From positions 3,968,001-4,032,000 of the forward strand of contig OZ024754.1 of the NCBI GenBank assembly GCA_964016885.1: a stretch of DNA of 64,000 bases, written 5' to 3'. The notes beneath the pieces were generated by a model that saw only the letters and a list, made by a program, of their open reading frames with translations, was not told where the DNA came from and made no database searches. This document shows, one piece after another, positions 40,776-56,090 of the stretch (within the stretch, counting starts at the first letter, position 1; the number at the start of each line of letters is the position of its first letter). Position numbers and translations under genes: made by a program. This stretch comes from Eledone cirrhosa (lineage: Eukaryota).

Positions 40776-41154
40776 CTCGATCTCACTCCCTATCCTGTAA
40801 TCATGTTTATCTTTCATTGATTCATTGAAGTTCCATATTCATTTTTCTCTTGTTGGACATTTGAGTATCTGTTTAAATGTGAATGAATTGAAGGTCTGTG
40901 TGTGTGTGTTTTTTTTTTCTATCCCCAGATACATAAGTTCCATGGAAATATCTCTTTTGCTGTAAGTTGATATAAATATGTGGAATAATACTCTATCTAT
41001 TTGATTCAAAATGTCAAGCAAACTATAACATGAAAATTAACATCTACACTACAATCGCACCCACACGCACTACTAAAACATGCAACAACGAAACGATACG
41101 AATCGAACGAAAAACAAACACAAACACACAATGCATACAACTACACATACATCG

Positions 41155-41190
<36 letters not shown>

Positions 41191-41262
41191 TATATATATA
41201 TTTTTATATGTATATATCACAAAACAATTATATACATAAAATATTTATATATATATATATTC

Positions 41263-41306
<44 letters not shown>

Positions 41307-41366
41307 ATATATCACAAAACAATTATATATATAAAATATTTATATATATATATATATATATTCATT

Positions 41367-41479
<113 letters not shown>

Positions 41480-41490
41480 GTATTTATATA

Positions 41491-41611
<121 letters not shown>

Positions 41612-41658
41612 TTATCTATACACATGCATATATATATATATATGTGTATGGGCACATA

Positions 41659-41712
<54 letters not shown>

Positions 41713-42069
41713 TATATATAAATATATATTAATACACATACATACAGATATGTATGCGTTTGTGTGTGTGCGTGCGTGCGTGCGTGTATGTATAGAAGTA
41801 TATACATATATTTGTACCTTACAAATTATATCTCTTCTGAAGACATGTTTCTTCGTAGCAATTGTTAAACTTTCTTTTCATTTTCAGACCAATTTTCCGT
41901 ACTTCGTCTCTGTTCTTTTATTGTTGTTTGTATTTTATTTCTATTTTCCATACATATCATTTGGGAATATTAGATTGGAATAGAAAACCTATGAATGCCT
42001 TTAACTAATATTCTATACGGTGTTCATATAATCATCACCGTCAAAATCACAACCACCATAAATATCGAT

Positions 42070-42871
42070 AATATCATCATCATCATCATCATCATCATCA
42101 TAAACCTCTTCGACGTCATCAACACCATCATAGCTAGCAGGCATCACCAGCATCATCATCATCATCATCATCATCGTCGTCGTCATCATCATAAATCTCT
42201 TCGTCGTCATCAACACCATGATAGCTAGTTGATATCATCATCATCATCATCATCAACCTGTTCGTCGTCATCAATACCATCATAGCTAGCTGACAACACC
42301 CACCACCACCATCATCATCATCATCATCATCATAAACCTGTTCGTCGTCATCAACACCATCATAGCTAGCTGACAACACCCCCATCACCACCACCATCAT
42401 CATCATCATCATAAACCTCTTCGTCGTCATCAACACCATCATAGCTAGCTGACAACACCCCCCATCACCACCACCATCATCATCATCATCATAAACCTCT
42501 TCGTCGTCATCAACACCATCAGAGCTAGCTGACAACACCCACCACCACCACCACCACCACCACCATCATCATCATCATAATTACCAATGTTACATCAGCA
42601 TTTGCCAAAAGGACCAAGAATATGGGAACCTTACACAGACAAATTCACTTACATACGGTGAGTGTCTTAAACATCAATAACAACATCATCATCATTATCA
42701 TCATCATCCTCATCATCATCATCATAAATATAATAAATATCTTCGTTGACATCAACACCAACATAGCTGATAACATCCCCACCACCACCACCATCATTAT
42801 CATCATCATTATCAATGTTACATCAACATTTGCCGAAAGGACCAAGAATCAGGAAACTTTACAAAGATAAA
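42070..42871. repeat. CAT-rich minisatellite (~60-75-bp units built on ATAAACCTCTTCGTCGTCATCAACACCATCATAGCTAGCTGACAACACCC) within a larger duplication
   Basis: About 7 units; the unique flank AATGTTACATCA.CATTTGCC.AAAGGACCAAGAAT occurs at ~42587 and ~42814. Confidence 0.85.
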
Positions 42872-43127
42872 CTGAGCTATATACTTTGGTCGTTATACAG
42901 AATCTCTTACAAATATATATATAAGCAACATAGAGAAAAGTATGGAAAACACGTAAAGTGAGCCGGCCCTTAGTGTATGAGCATTTAGAGACGATTGTGT
43001 ATCCATAGATATTTAGGATAAACCTGAGGACTAACTATCTTCTCTTAGTGTATTCTCCTAATTACATACACATAACAGATGTGTACACGCAGCTCAAGTA
43101 TGTCACTCTCATTCAGCTTTCATCGAA

Positions 43128-43266
43128 CCCAGCAGTGCGTTACTGGTATTTTATCTTATCGACCCCATAAGGAAGAAAAGCAAAGCTAACCTCAGATTTA
43201 AATGGCCGTAACTCTACACAATACGTGGTGTCCAACGCTCTACCGATTATTGCCAGTCTACCACCC
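43128..43266 (-). mobile_element. SINE family A, internally deleted and diverged
   Basis: TTACTGGTATTTTATCTTATCGACCCC...GCAAAGCTAACCTC...CTCTACCGAT. Confidence 0.8.
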
Positions 43267-43579
43267 AATGATCTCATCATATTTGTTTTATAGTGATTCT
43301 CATTCTCAAATTGAATGAGAAAATGTTCAACGTCCATTTGTTTCTCTAAGGTCTACATATACGTATATTCCACTGACTAACAATAAATCTGCATATGTTT
43401 CACAACAGATTGTCATTTAGGTCTCATAATATCATTAAGGGCGATGACAAGATTTTCTTCTCACTGTTAGCAATATATTTACACTTGCATTTTTCAGTAA
43501 TACTCATGACACACAATAGACAATCAATTGTAATATATAGAAATTTTAAATTATTGATTAACATTTATAAAACTCATAT

Positions 43580-44220
43580 CTCTTTGTTGATTTGGTTCCA
43601 TATGTCAGCCAACCGTTGGGAGAAATTATTTTCGGTTTATTCATCAATAGTACTTTTTGTTTCCCATATTGATTAAAAAAAAAGTTTAAGTCATTAATAG
43701 AACAAAACTAAAAGTTAGTTTATCTTGCCTATTTGCCTGTGTATAACGGCTTTAATAATTTACATATTTGGACTTTAAACTCATATTTTCTTTAAAAATT
43801 TAAATGGTGAATTATATAAAACTTATTGGTGTCCATGCGGAAGACTTAATGTTACAATTCAGCCGAATAAATAATGTGTGGGTGAAAATGCAAAGAATTA
43901 TAGTTATAATTAAATTGCTGTCATTTTTCATCATAGTATAAACTTTTTTCATCTCTTATTTGATCCGATAAAGAATTTGCCTAAATGACTTTCCTATTCA
44001 CTAATTATCTTTCTAATGGGGAATTTATAGAACTTGTTCAACTGCAGAAACGCATAATTTCATTTTGTTTCATGAAGATTTTACCAATAAACTTTGATAT
44101 CTCTCTTATATAATATTATTAATTTTTTTGCAGTTTTCGTAATTATATATCAATTCATTCCAAAATAGCATTATTGCAATACCAAATATATTTTATTTTA
44201 TATTTGGTTTTGCATGGGTG
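43580..44220 (-). mobile_element. Possible highly decayed Penelope-like GIY-YIG endonuclease region
   Basis: Minus-strand pseudo-translation CS*TSSINSPLER*LVNRKVI*A...LYY...QFNYNYNSLHF...LLMNK loosely follows the recalled CNC..CPL..C...VIY.A...Y.G...FK.RY.NH..SF...LLNK layout; many stops. Confidence 0.3.
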
Positions 44221-44269
44221 TCCTTATTTATTTTATATTTTACAAATATATTTATCAAATTCTCTGATT

Positions 44270-44409
<140 letters not shown>

Positions 44410-45747
44410 ATATTTCTCGAACTGTTCATCAGGTATGAATTTCATTAAAATTAACTTCAATTCAAAAGCTTCAACACAAGTTTTCTGACCAAAAGAACAC
44501 TACCAAGTCAAACAAGCTGGACATAGAGGCCACTTATGATAAAACAAAGTTGCGTGTATACCATGTGAGACCTGACCTCAGATCTGCCTCATACAGCATA
44601 GCCCTGCTTATCAGTTACATCAAAGCAGGGCCAACGAAATTTTCTCGTTATTATCAGTTTCACTAATCACCCAAAATGAAATCAAAGATGTCTCAGAACC
44701 GTTGATCCGGTATGAATAACATTGAAATAAATACATACTTCGGAAAACATCAGGTGAGAGTTCGAATTGCACTGGCGTCACTGTTCAATATTTCCCTTTC
44801 CAGGGACTTATATGATAAACTTGTTAGACTATCTTACATAACCCACCAATGGAGCGGTTAAACTTTAGCAATGATAAATTCAAAATACATAAGCCGAACA
44901 AACGGTCTAAAATATTGATTGCTTATATAGCTACAAGGCCAAGAGCTAGGGCTTACATATGGGAAGTAATTAGTTAGATCTATTGGTGGAATCAAAAGCA
45001 TGAACGTCTAGCTTCCTATTTATTCTTTTATTTAACATTCTATCTTCTGATGAATGACTAATGTCCGAAACAAAGCAAATATTTTCCTAATATATCAAGC
45101 TATAAAATAATATGTATCACTGTGTTGTATCGATTTGTGCTTTGTTATTTTCCTTTTATATCTTGCACACACACACACAAACACGCGCGCACGCAAACAC
45201 GAACACACACACACACACACACACATACACACCCCCACCCCCACACACACACATACACACACACACACACATATATATATATTCAGTGCCAATATATCTA
45301 TTTTTCAGAATTATTTTACTTAGCAGCTGCACATCGAAAAAAATTGAAAAAATAAATTAAAATTATCAATTAGATAATTTAATGAAAGCTTTGTATTGGA
45401 TGTAATTAGATTGAGAGTGTTCCTTAATATAAATATTTTAACACAAACAATAATGTTTTAGTCATTGTAGAAATAATATTGAATAATTCTAAATGTCGCA
45501 ACACTCAAGTTTCCTTAGCTAATGAAATGAAGTGTTTATTTTAAATTAAGAGAGTTTCTACTCATTATAGATTTCAGCGTTCTTGTTGTTCTTGTTGTCT
45601 TCTCGTCATAGTGAAAGTAGACACTTAAAAATATGAAATCGTTTTCGATCTGAAAGTAAGACAATATTTATAAATCTAATTCTCTTTGTTTATATCTATC
45701 TCTTTCTCCACACACACATATATATATATATATCTATACATACATAC

Positions 45748-45803
<56 letters not shown>

Positions 45804-45958
45804 TCTGAGGATACCATTCTCATAACAACAACAAATGCATGAAGGACTTCTGAATTACATGGAGAACCGTGGAAATAATTATAATGATTAAACGATTTAT
45901 GTAACCTCACCATCTTATTTTGTTATATATATTATATATATTATATATATATACATAA

Positions 45959-46176
<218 letters not shown>

Positions 46177-47273
46177 GTATTAGTTTCACATGTTAGTAGA
46201 CATCTTCTATATACCTTCCATATATATCATACCCGAAACCCAAAATATCTTTGAGATTTTCTCTTGGAACGGTTCATCCCGATTATGACTGTCACCACTA
46301 ACAGCATATTACTGCACATTTGTTCATCTCTGATCCTGTATATCTATAAGCAAAATGGAAGTCGTACTATTAACTTCTTTGTAAGGTTTATGTTTTCTAT
46401 GATAAAAATAAAGCAATGTAAAGCCTTGTTCTGTTTTCTATTGTGTGTGGGGGTTGTTTTCTTTTTATTTGATATTGTCAGCATTGTTTAAACTCTTATT
46501 TTCCTTTGTTAGACTTTCTAGTGCAATACGCCTCCTGAAACGAAACAAACGATTTACTAAGTTGATCAAGAGATTCGGGGTAGACGCACGATAGACTGAT
46601 GGGTACCGGAAGCGTCAATAATAATATTATGAACTATCTGTGAGGCAGTTTTCTTTTCTTTACACTTTACTTTCTTGTATTCTCGATTTATCTGCTTAGA
46701 GATAGCGGTCAACGTGTAAGTTATAAACTGCGAATCGACTCGAAGTAATCAGAAGACACATCAATGGCTGTCAGCTATATTATATAGATTGAAACAAACG
46801 TGGTTTATTGTTATTGTTCTCTATGTTTTTTTTTATGATTTCCTTTTTTTCCCCCCAGATTTATCAGTTACAACAGATGCGATTGTCGACACAAATGAAA
46901 GAAATTTGTGATGCAGTATATTTTTGGTGGTTTTTCCTTCTATTTCTTTCTGCTTACGTCTTACGTGTTTATTCAATGATTTAACGTAATTTTTCCATTT
47001 TCTCTCAGTCAAACAAAAAGTTACTTGAAAGCCTTCTCGGCGTTTTTTTTTTCTCTTTTCTTATAACACATACATACGTATACATACATATGTATAGATA
47101 CATACGTACATAGATACATACACTCTCACATCTACAAACACAACACACACTCTCCATATATATATATATATATTTATATGTATACACACATATATAAAGA
47201 AATATATATATGAATATATATATATATATGAATCTCACTCTCTCTCTCTCTTTATATATATATATATATATTT

Positions 47274-47350
<77 letters not shown>

Positions 47351-47983
47351 TTCTTTATCTCTTTAATTTTACATTCTTCTTCATTGTCGACCAACATTTC
47401 ACGTTCTTTTCGTGCTTCAGTGATACAGGTATATGCCGGAGTAAGGTATATGCCGCAGTATATGTATAGAGAAACAGAGGAGAGTAAGGGTCTAGGAAAG
47501 TAGAAAAAAGGAAAATAAAGAACGAAAAAATCCAAACAACAGCTAATGGATTCTGCTGACCAAATGAAGGTTTAAGAATGCTTCCGGCTATTTGCAAGAA
47601 TTGCGACTTTTTTCTGTTTGTTATATTTGGATTAAACCTATTATTATCAAGCATGATCATTCGCCGTTGTCTTTTATTTATGCTCTGCCAACGGATATTG
47701 ATATCATGATTCAAATAGCCAAAATTACTTTAACGAAGTAAAGATCTGATAAAAAAGAAACACTCATATATAAACCCACAAACGCACACAATAGTTCCAA
47801 TATACGTTACCCACACCATACACAGAGGCACAACCATACATAAGTGAGCGATAGGCATTATATACATAATGATATATATATATATATATATATATATGCG
47901 TGTATGTGAGAGTGTGTGTATCTGTGTAATTGTATGTCAGTGTGTATGTATGAATGTATATCAAAATATGTATATATATATAC

Positions 47984-48070
<87 letters not shown>

Positions 48071-48075
48071 CATAC

Positions 48076-48178
<103 letters not shown>

Positions 48179-48475
48179 TGTATGTCAGTGGATGGGGAAA
48201 GTGTATGTGTGTATATGTGTATTTAAGTGTGAGGTATATCATATATATATACCTCAATATATATATATATATATATATATATGACAATATATGATGTGCC
48301 CGCGAGTTTCCTGACTTACCATCCTCAATTTTGGCACTTTGGATATGAAGCCATGCAGTGAAAACCTTACAATATTCACAATAAGAGTTTTACGTTTCCT
48401 ACACTCGCTGTCCAATCGCTTCCCCCACCTACACCAATATTCTGTTATTTTCTCATTCCCAAAGCAATGGCATTG

Positions 48476-48543
<68 letters not shown>

Positions 48544-48686
48544 GTTATGTAATAAATAACATAAGGCAATTATTTCATTTACCAGTGGTTTCTGAAAAGC
48601 AAAAAAATGTTGCTTTCAATCATCACAATGAAAAAATCCTGGCGTATTTATTGACGTTGGTTTTAGAAAAAAAATAAATAAATAAA

Positions 48687-48744
<58 letters not shown>

Positions 48745-49040
48745 TATATATATATAAACATATCTAGGAACAAAGTTAGAATTTCATTTTTAGCCCTCAC
48801 GTAGCGGGTTACATAAATGTATTTATGAGCTTTATTTTGAACAATCATTATAATATTCCATTGGTTTGCAATCAAACAGCCTCATCACGCTATCTGATTT
48901 AGATGACCACAATTATCCGTTCGTTGTAGAAGTGTTATAGAGAAACAGAGACACAGATATATTGTAGGACAGAGATGTGGTTACACTTGGCTAAAGGCAC
49001 ACATGTATATATATATATACATACATACATATATATATAT

Positions 49041-49260
49041 ATATTTATTAAAATAACAGATTAAAGTTTAAGCAAAGAATCGCTGCTTTCTTAACGGGAT
49101 CTTCTGAAGATCCTGTTAAGGGTGAAAGCAGCGATTCTTTGCTTAAACTTTAATTTGTTATTTTAATAAATATTTGCTCTGCGGTTCTTATATATTTGAT
49201 ATATATTTATCCTTATCGAGCCCTCTTTTGATTTTAGTCTTCAAATTTATTATTATTACT
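49041..49260. mobile_element. Family P1 copy: spacerless palindrome 49041-49173 plus 3' extension, inside (TA)n
   Basis: Centre at T49105 (ATCTTC-T-GAAGAT); 49106-49260 is nearly identical to 2466-2620. Confidence 0.8.
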
Positions 49261-51480
49261 ATATATACATACATATATATATATATATACGATATATTAA
49301 CAAATGGAAGCTATATTTATAAAACCATATTTATTTCATTATATATATTTCAAGGACACCAAGTCAAATTATGGTGCGCTTTCATCAGATATATATATAT
49401 ACATACACACACATAAACATATATATATATATATACATAATACTGAAGTCAAAGTTAAGTGGAAATATCCAAGACTAAGAGTACTAAGGAACCATAGCCA
49501 CAGTTAAGCGAAAGTTTGGTATTTTGCTCGTTCTATGTCTTCTTACAGACGCTTAGTTCACATAAAATATAATAAATAACGTATCTTTATCCGTATTCCT
49601 ATGTTCGGAAGATAACAAAGAGTTTAGATAACGTACTGCAAATTACCGTTCTATATCCTATTTTATCGTAGAGTTGTATGCATTGAGGCACTATTTTAAT
49701 GCATATAGGGTAGATAATTGGAGATATTTCGATATATTACTGTTATTTTTTATTATGTCTGGAAATATGAATGCTGCACACCATCAGCAAAAAACGTTTT
49801 ACCCCATACACAGAGACAGAAACCTAATATCATTTATTCCATTGTAATATTAGTTTTGTCAACTTCCTGCCCCCGTGCACTTAATATCATAGAATGCATA
49901 ACAAAAAAAGAATTTAGAAAATATCCCATTCATGATATGTACTGAATCGTAAACTGATTGAATCAACATCTTATCAACCGTCACAGTAATTGAAATTTAT
50001 GTCTATCACTATTCACCTAATTCCATTGAAACGAATACATTTTGAGCAATATCAAAAGAGAAAACTTTGATTTTGCGTTTACCATCTAAGGTGGTCTCAG
50101 TGAGCGCAATAATGATATTTTCTGAAAATATGCAAATAAAATAAAAAATGAATATACATATACATATAATCTCTGTAGAACTATAGTCTCTTTTTCAAAC
50201 AAATATTTGTAATTAGAATTGTCGATAAGAACTTCCAAAAAAGTTTTTTTTTTTCTCGAAAATTAATCATTCCTAATGTTCTGAAATATTCATTTTTTTA
50301 TTCGCTTTTCTTTTTATTTTTTAACAAAACATTAACTACATTGTAGCAATTGTTATCTTTAAAGGTAATTCCTACATTTAAACAAAAACAAAAAACGTAT
50401 AACTTCTTTTTATGGCACCAGACTGTGTGAAAATTAAGATAAAAATAATGTGAAATCAGAATAATTTTTTCTCCATATTTTCAATGAAATTTGAGCTGGA
50501 AGAGAAATATGCAAAACGAAAAATACACTCACACACAAAAAAGATGCATTGGAAGGTGAGAATTCTCAACGTGTAATGTAAATTTTCGACCTCAATGAAT
50601 TTTCAAATCAGGAAATTCTTATGCAAAGGTGTTGTGAGTTCAAATTCATTTTCAGTTTATTTTGTAATAGCATAAAATATATAAATTCTTTTGCAGTTTA
50701 TTTTGTAATAGCATAAAATATATAAAGTCTTTGTGGATTGTATCCTAAATAAATTGCTTCCGTATAACGTAAGCTAAAACATTTATAAAACTCATCTATA
50801 TGTAAATAGAAACTACACAGTTATATATTTCTTCAACATAACAAGAGAAGGCAATATATGTTTGAAATGTATCTTCACTTATAAAATTAGGATCAGCTCC
50901 GGCTCTAGAAGAATGAAAAAATAACGTGAGGTTTGATCTACTAACTCGACTGCTGACCCATGTTTACTCAGTGACGAGAAAAAAGCAACATACTATAAAG
51001 AGTATGGAACCGTATAAAATTGATGGTGTTTATTTAATGAATAATGATGCTAAACATTAATTTATCTGGTGTGTTTCTACTTCAGTAACCACCGTGACTA
51101 AGCCAAACTTAATTCGATTAAATTAGACGTGGTGGGTGCAACGAATTTGATGAAGTTTCTGATGGATGAGTTCACAATACGAGTTGTGATTCATAGTGGA
51201 AGTATATTCATTCAAGTGACTATTGATAATATGTACGCTGCAGAGATACAAGATCACTCTTTTTATAAAAGAAATACGTGAAGCACCGATGAAAATTTAT
51301 AATTAATAATTTAAAAGTGACAAGAAAACTGAAGACATATATACTTTAAATACAAACCTAGTTTCAGGTTTCTCTTGGCATTTTATTTTTTTTTTTTTTT
51401 CATATATCAGAATATATGATTTTATACATTTACATAAATATGCATACAAACACATATGTACACACACTCACACACACACG

Positions 51481-51533
<53 letters not shown>

Positions 51534-51694
51534 GACAGAGCACATCGAATAGAATGGACACACTTTCTGTGGTTTCCTCAAACACTCAATAACTTAATTT
51601 ATTTCGTGTCATTAAAATTCAAATCCAACCAATTAGAGCGCACACATACATTAATCAGCGAGGAAGACGACTACGTGTTAGTAGGAATATATAT

Positions 51695-51750
51695 GCCCCA
51701 GCATGGCCTCAGCCGGATGGCTGGAACAGGTAAAAGAGTAAAAGAGTAAA
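51695..51750 (+). mobile_element. Isolated retroposon 3' tail fragment
   Basis: GCCCCAGCATGGCCTCAGCCGGATGGCTGGAACAGGTAAAAGAGTAAAAGAGTAAAA has a short CAGCC/GGCTG stem and a repeated tail, resembling recalled octopus SINE/LINE 3' ends. Confidence 0.5.
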
Positions 51751-51809
51751 ATATATATATATTATTGATGGACATGAGAAAATACTATGAAGTTAGAGTT
51801 TAAATTAAT

Positions 51810-51993
51810 TGTTTCTACTTTTGGCACAAGGCCATCAATTATCCAGTGTATTACTGGTACTTTATTTTTATCGACCCCGTGAGGATGAAAGGCAAAGTTA
51901 ACCTCGGCGGGATTTGAACTCAGAATGGAAAGGGCCGTAACTCTTTGCTTCAAAGCATGGATTCCGACCCTCTACCGATACTGATAATCCATC
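51810..51993 (-). mobile_element. SINE family A with 14-bp target-site duplication
   Basis: GAGTTTAAATTAAT at 51796-51809 and 51994-52007. Confidence 0.93.
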
Positions 51994-52059
51994 GAGTTTA
52001 AATTAATGTCTAAGTGGTGAGTCCTGTCACTCTGGAGTCTGAACTGCGGTCTCACATCT

Positions 52060-52200
52060 GAAGTGTTATGTAGCTCCAGTTAACTCAGCTGTAGAAATAA
52101 GTTGTGACGTCACTGGTGTCAAGCTCTATCGGACTTTGTCTTTCACTTGGTCCACATAGCTAACGTGGAGAGGGAGACTGATACGCATGGGCGGCTGCTG
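52060..52200 (+). mobile_element. Body fragment of a CORE-type SINE
   Basis: GCTCCAGTTAACTCAGCTGTAGAAATAAGTTG resembles 36245-36272 and the reverse complement of 63650-63685. Confidence 0.6.
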
Positions 52201-52903
52201 TATTTCAATTTTTTTTTTTACATATCCCCTGTGTGCCCTTACTTACTAACATGTCCTACCATGAACTTGCAGATTTTGTTTCTGTATGTATGGACCCGTA
52301 ATTCCTGATGGAGCCATAGGTGCACCATATTGGGATTTAGAGTTTGTTTGCTAATGTTTAAGCTTTACCGTTTCTATTCTAGGGTTAATATTCTAGTATA
52401 TCTAACATGTCACTTGTTTAATCTCTATTACAATAATATTTGAATATATTTCAGTTGATTTCTGGCAGATGAAAGCATTCTAACTATTATACTCTATACA
52501 AGCTCTAAGCCTCTGATGTCTCGATTGAAAATCAACTGCAATAATTTCAACAGGCTGGGAGGTTCCTACTAAATGTCATTGTCACTATCCACCCACAAAT
52601 GTATATAGTATTAAAACAAATATGAAAATGACAGAGTGGTGTATACCGCACAATATTAAAATTATGACAGTGTCATTTCAAAATATCCTTACTATAAAAT
52701 ATGTGGTTCAGGTTTATATGAGGGTGTGTGTAAGTGAGATGGAATATAAAGAAGAACAAAGAGGTAGGTAAATAGACAACTTACACATGCATAAACACAT
52801 AAAATCGTAGGAAGCCACACACACACAATCATATATATATATATATATATATATAGGGCTCGTATGTTTTTGTCTTTACACACACATATATATATATACA
52901 GAC

Positions 52904-52976
<73 letters not shown>

Positions 52977-53932
52977 GAGAGATAGAGGGGGGGGGGTAGA
53001 AAACAGACAGAGAGCGATACAGACTTTGAGAGACATAGACAGGTAAAGAGAGGGAAAGGATCGACATTGAATGCTCTCCGATGTTTTCTGAAATATCTAA
53101 ATATCTAAATAAAGAAATAAGTAAGTAAATCCAGCACCTATCAATAAGCTATGATACTGCTAATAAAGAGATGATCGTTGAACGAGTGATAAACAAATAT
53201 ACAGACTCTTTTGAATTTCCAATGTAACGTACGTAGAATCCATATTAACCTCATACATGAAACGAATCGTGGAATAAATATATCACTGCAATACAACATC
53301 ATAAAAGTTTACTATTCAGAATCCAACATATATGTGTTGATAAACAACACTCTCTCACTCTCTCTCTCTAAGGCAAAGTTCTAACATAACTCAAATAAAC
53401 ATTTTACCCGATACCTGAGCAACAAAATTCATTCTTGTTATATTCATATGTCCTTTTATCTGCCATCCACATGAAATAGCAATAAAACTCTTTACGCTGT
53501 ACTTCATATGCAAATGCTAGTTTTATTCTCGTTGATTCCGTTGTGTAGTTTTTGTTCTTGTATTTTTTCATCAGCGGCCACGTTATAAATTTGTTTATGT
53601 GCTTGTTGCCGATGATGATGATGGTAGAGGTGGTGCTGGTGGTGTTGTTGGTAGGTAGAAGTAATTTAATGTATCAATTTTGTTCCTATTATTCGGCATC
53701 CTTTTGTTTGTTTATTATTATTTGATTTACACGTCAAAAGAGATTTGTTAAAATATTTTCCCAAACCTTAAAAATGGTAGTTATATATTCTAAGACGTTA
53801 CTATAGAAAACTATCAACATCTTTATACATTCTATTTATTTGATAATACACGCCTATGTTAACGTAGTAACATATGCATATTTATACACAGATATCCAAA
53901 TACTCACACACACACACACACATACACACTCA

Positions 53933-53976
<44 letters not shown>

Positions 53977-54018
53977 AGGGTATGTTAGTATGTATATGTG
54001 GATAGATGGATGTATATG

Positions 54019-54088
<70 letters not shown>

Positions 54089-54136
54089 TGTGTGTATGCG
54101 AGTGTTTATGTATGAATAGATCGATATATATGCATA

Positions 54137-54218
<82 letters not shown>

Positions 54219-54768
54219 GGGAGAGAGAGAGTGATAGATAGTTAGGCAGTTAGATAGATAGATAGATATATGTAGTGTCTGTGTGTATGCGCATGTGTGT
54301 GTATGTGCATGGCTGTGTGAGTTTGTAAGCAGAAATGTGTAGCAAGAATCATTGTTCATGCGTATTAGAATTCAAATATTCTTCTTTACCTTTCAGTTCA
54401 GTACGCATTCAATTCTGTAGCTCCCACCTGAACCACCTACAATAATCAAACACCACCACTACCACTACAACAGCCACCACTGCCACCAACAACCACCAGC
54501 AGTACAACCATCACCAACATCACCACAGACAAGACATCACATTGCAGAGTTATGATGTATTTCACCAAAACACCGGGGATCATCCATATTCGAGTTAATT
54601 CCCAAACTTATATTTATTTTAGAAATCGGAAACCTGGTGCTTGGTATTCGCGGATTATTCCCTCTACTCCTAGTTATTCTGCAACAATGGCGCTCTACAG
54701 TATTACACTCTATCTACCTCTGTATACATACCTCTCTCTCTCTCTTTCTCTCTCTCACGCTCTCTCTT

Positions 54769-54824
<56 letters not shown>

Positions 54825-54826
54825 TA

Positions 54827-54922
<96 letters not shown>

Positions 54923-55064
54923 TCTATACCTTTCATTTATATATATACATATATATATTTCTGTCTCACTATCTCTTTCTTTTTCTTTCTTTCGCTGTTG
55001 GTTTTTATATATTAATATATATATATATTATATATATATATATATGTGTGTGTTGGTATATTAA

Positions 55065-55104
<40 letters not shown>

Positions 55105-55118
55105 TGTATATATATGTT

Positions 55119-55167
<49 letters not shown>

Positions 55168-55484
55168 TGTATGTATGTCTCTGTCTCTGTATGCGTTAAC
55201 ATCCGACTATGTATAGTATTCATTTAGTTTATTATCTAACTTGCATTCTTTATGTCAGCTATCAATATAGCTATCGTTATATCTGTTTATATGTATACGT
55301 ATGTATGTGTCGCTTTCTATGCTTTCCTTCCTCTAGACTTCTGTCTGCACATGTGTGCCAATGTATTTATTGGTCGTGCACAATTGTGTGTGAGTGTGCG
55401 TGTATTTGTGTGTGTTCAGTGGTGATATTGGCATTAAAACATTTACTGCTAAACATATATACGTATATACACACACACACACAC

Positions 55485-55517
<33 letters not shown>

Positions 55518-55519
55518 AC

Positions 55520-55705
55520 GAAGGAATTTTGGTAAGGAACCAGATGGACCATAACGCACCAGAGTACTCAATACTTAGGGTAGTAGAGTGGGTAATAGGA
55601 AAAAGTATGACCCCGACGGCAGAGCTCAAGCCGTTTCGACGGTTATTTCTGGAGTCCAGAAATAGCCGTCGAAACGGCTTGAGCTCTGCCGTCGGGGTCA
55701 TATTT

Positions 55706-55713
<8 letters not shown>
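55520..55713. mobile_element. Family P2 element with a 48-bp-arm hairpin (55606-55702, 1-nt loop), inside (TA)n
   Basis: Palindrome centred on G55654 with one mismatch; both strands give the same peptide start [15 protein letters not shown]; second copy at 6539-6645. Confidence 0.85.
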
Positions 55714-55747
<34 letters not shown>

Positions 55748-56042
55748 ACAAACAGGCGTACATGCAGTCATATATACATCATACGTACACACACACATAC
55801 ATATATAAATATATACACACATACACACACATATATACATACATGTACACATATATACATATACACACATTCATACATGCATACACGCATGCATACACAC
55901 ACATATATACATATATACAGATGTACACATACACACACATAGGAACGCATATACACACACACATACAAACATACGTACATACATGCACATATATACACAA
56001 ATACACACACACATACAAACACACATACATATATATATATAT

Positions 56043-56090
<48 letters not shown>

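Noticed and set aside
45047-45071. CTGATGA-atGACtaatGTCc-GAAAC hammerhead-like core
   Set aside because: Core and a 3-bp stem II are present, but I could not form stems I or III. Similar weak echoes at ~20400, ~10790-10815 (minus) and ~46593 are also unsupported.
46840-46920. Splice-acceptor-like TTTTTTCCCCCCAG followed by a short open frame
   Set aside because: No strong donor and no recognisable peptide; such motifs are common by chance.
47355-47714. 119-aa ORF with a hydrophobic stretch
   Set aside because: The hydrophobicity comes from T-rich sequence; no recognisable family.
50030-50620. Possible DNA transposon remnant
   Set aside because: AT-rich unique sequence with no identifiable terminal inverted repeats or transposase peptide.
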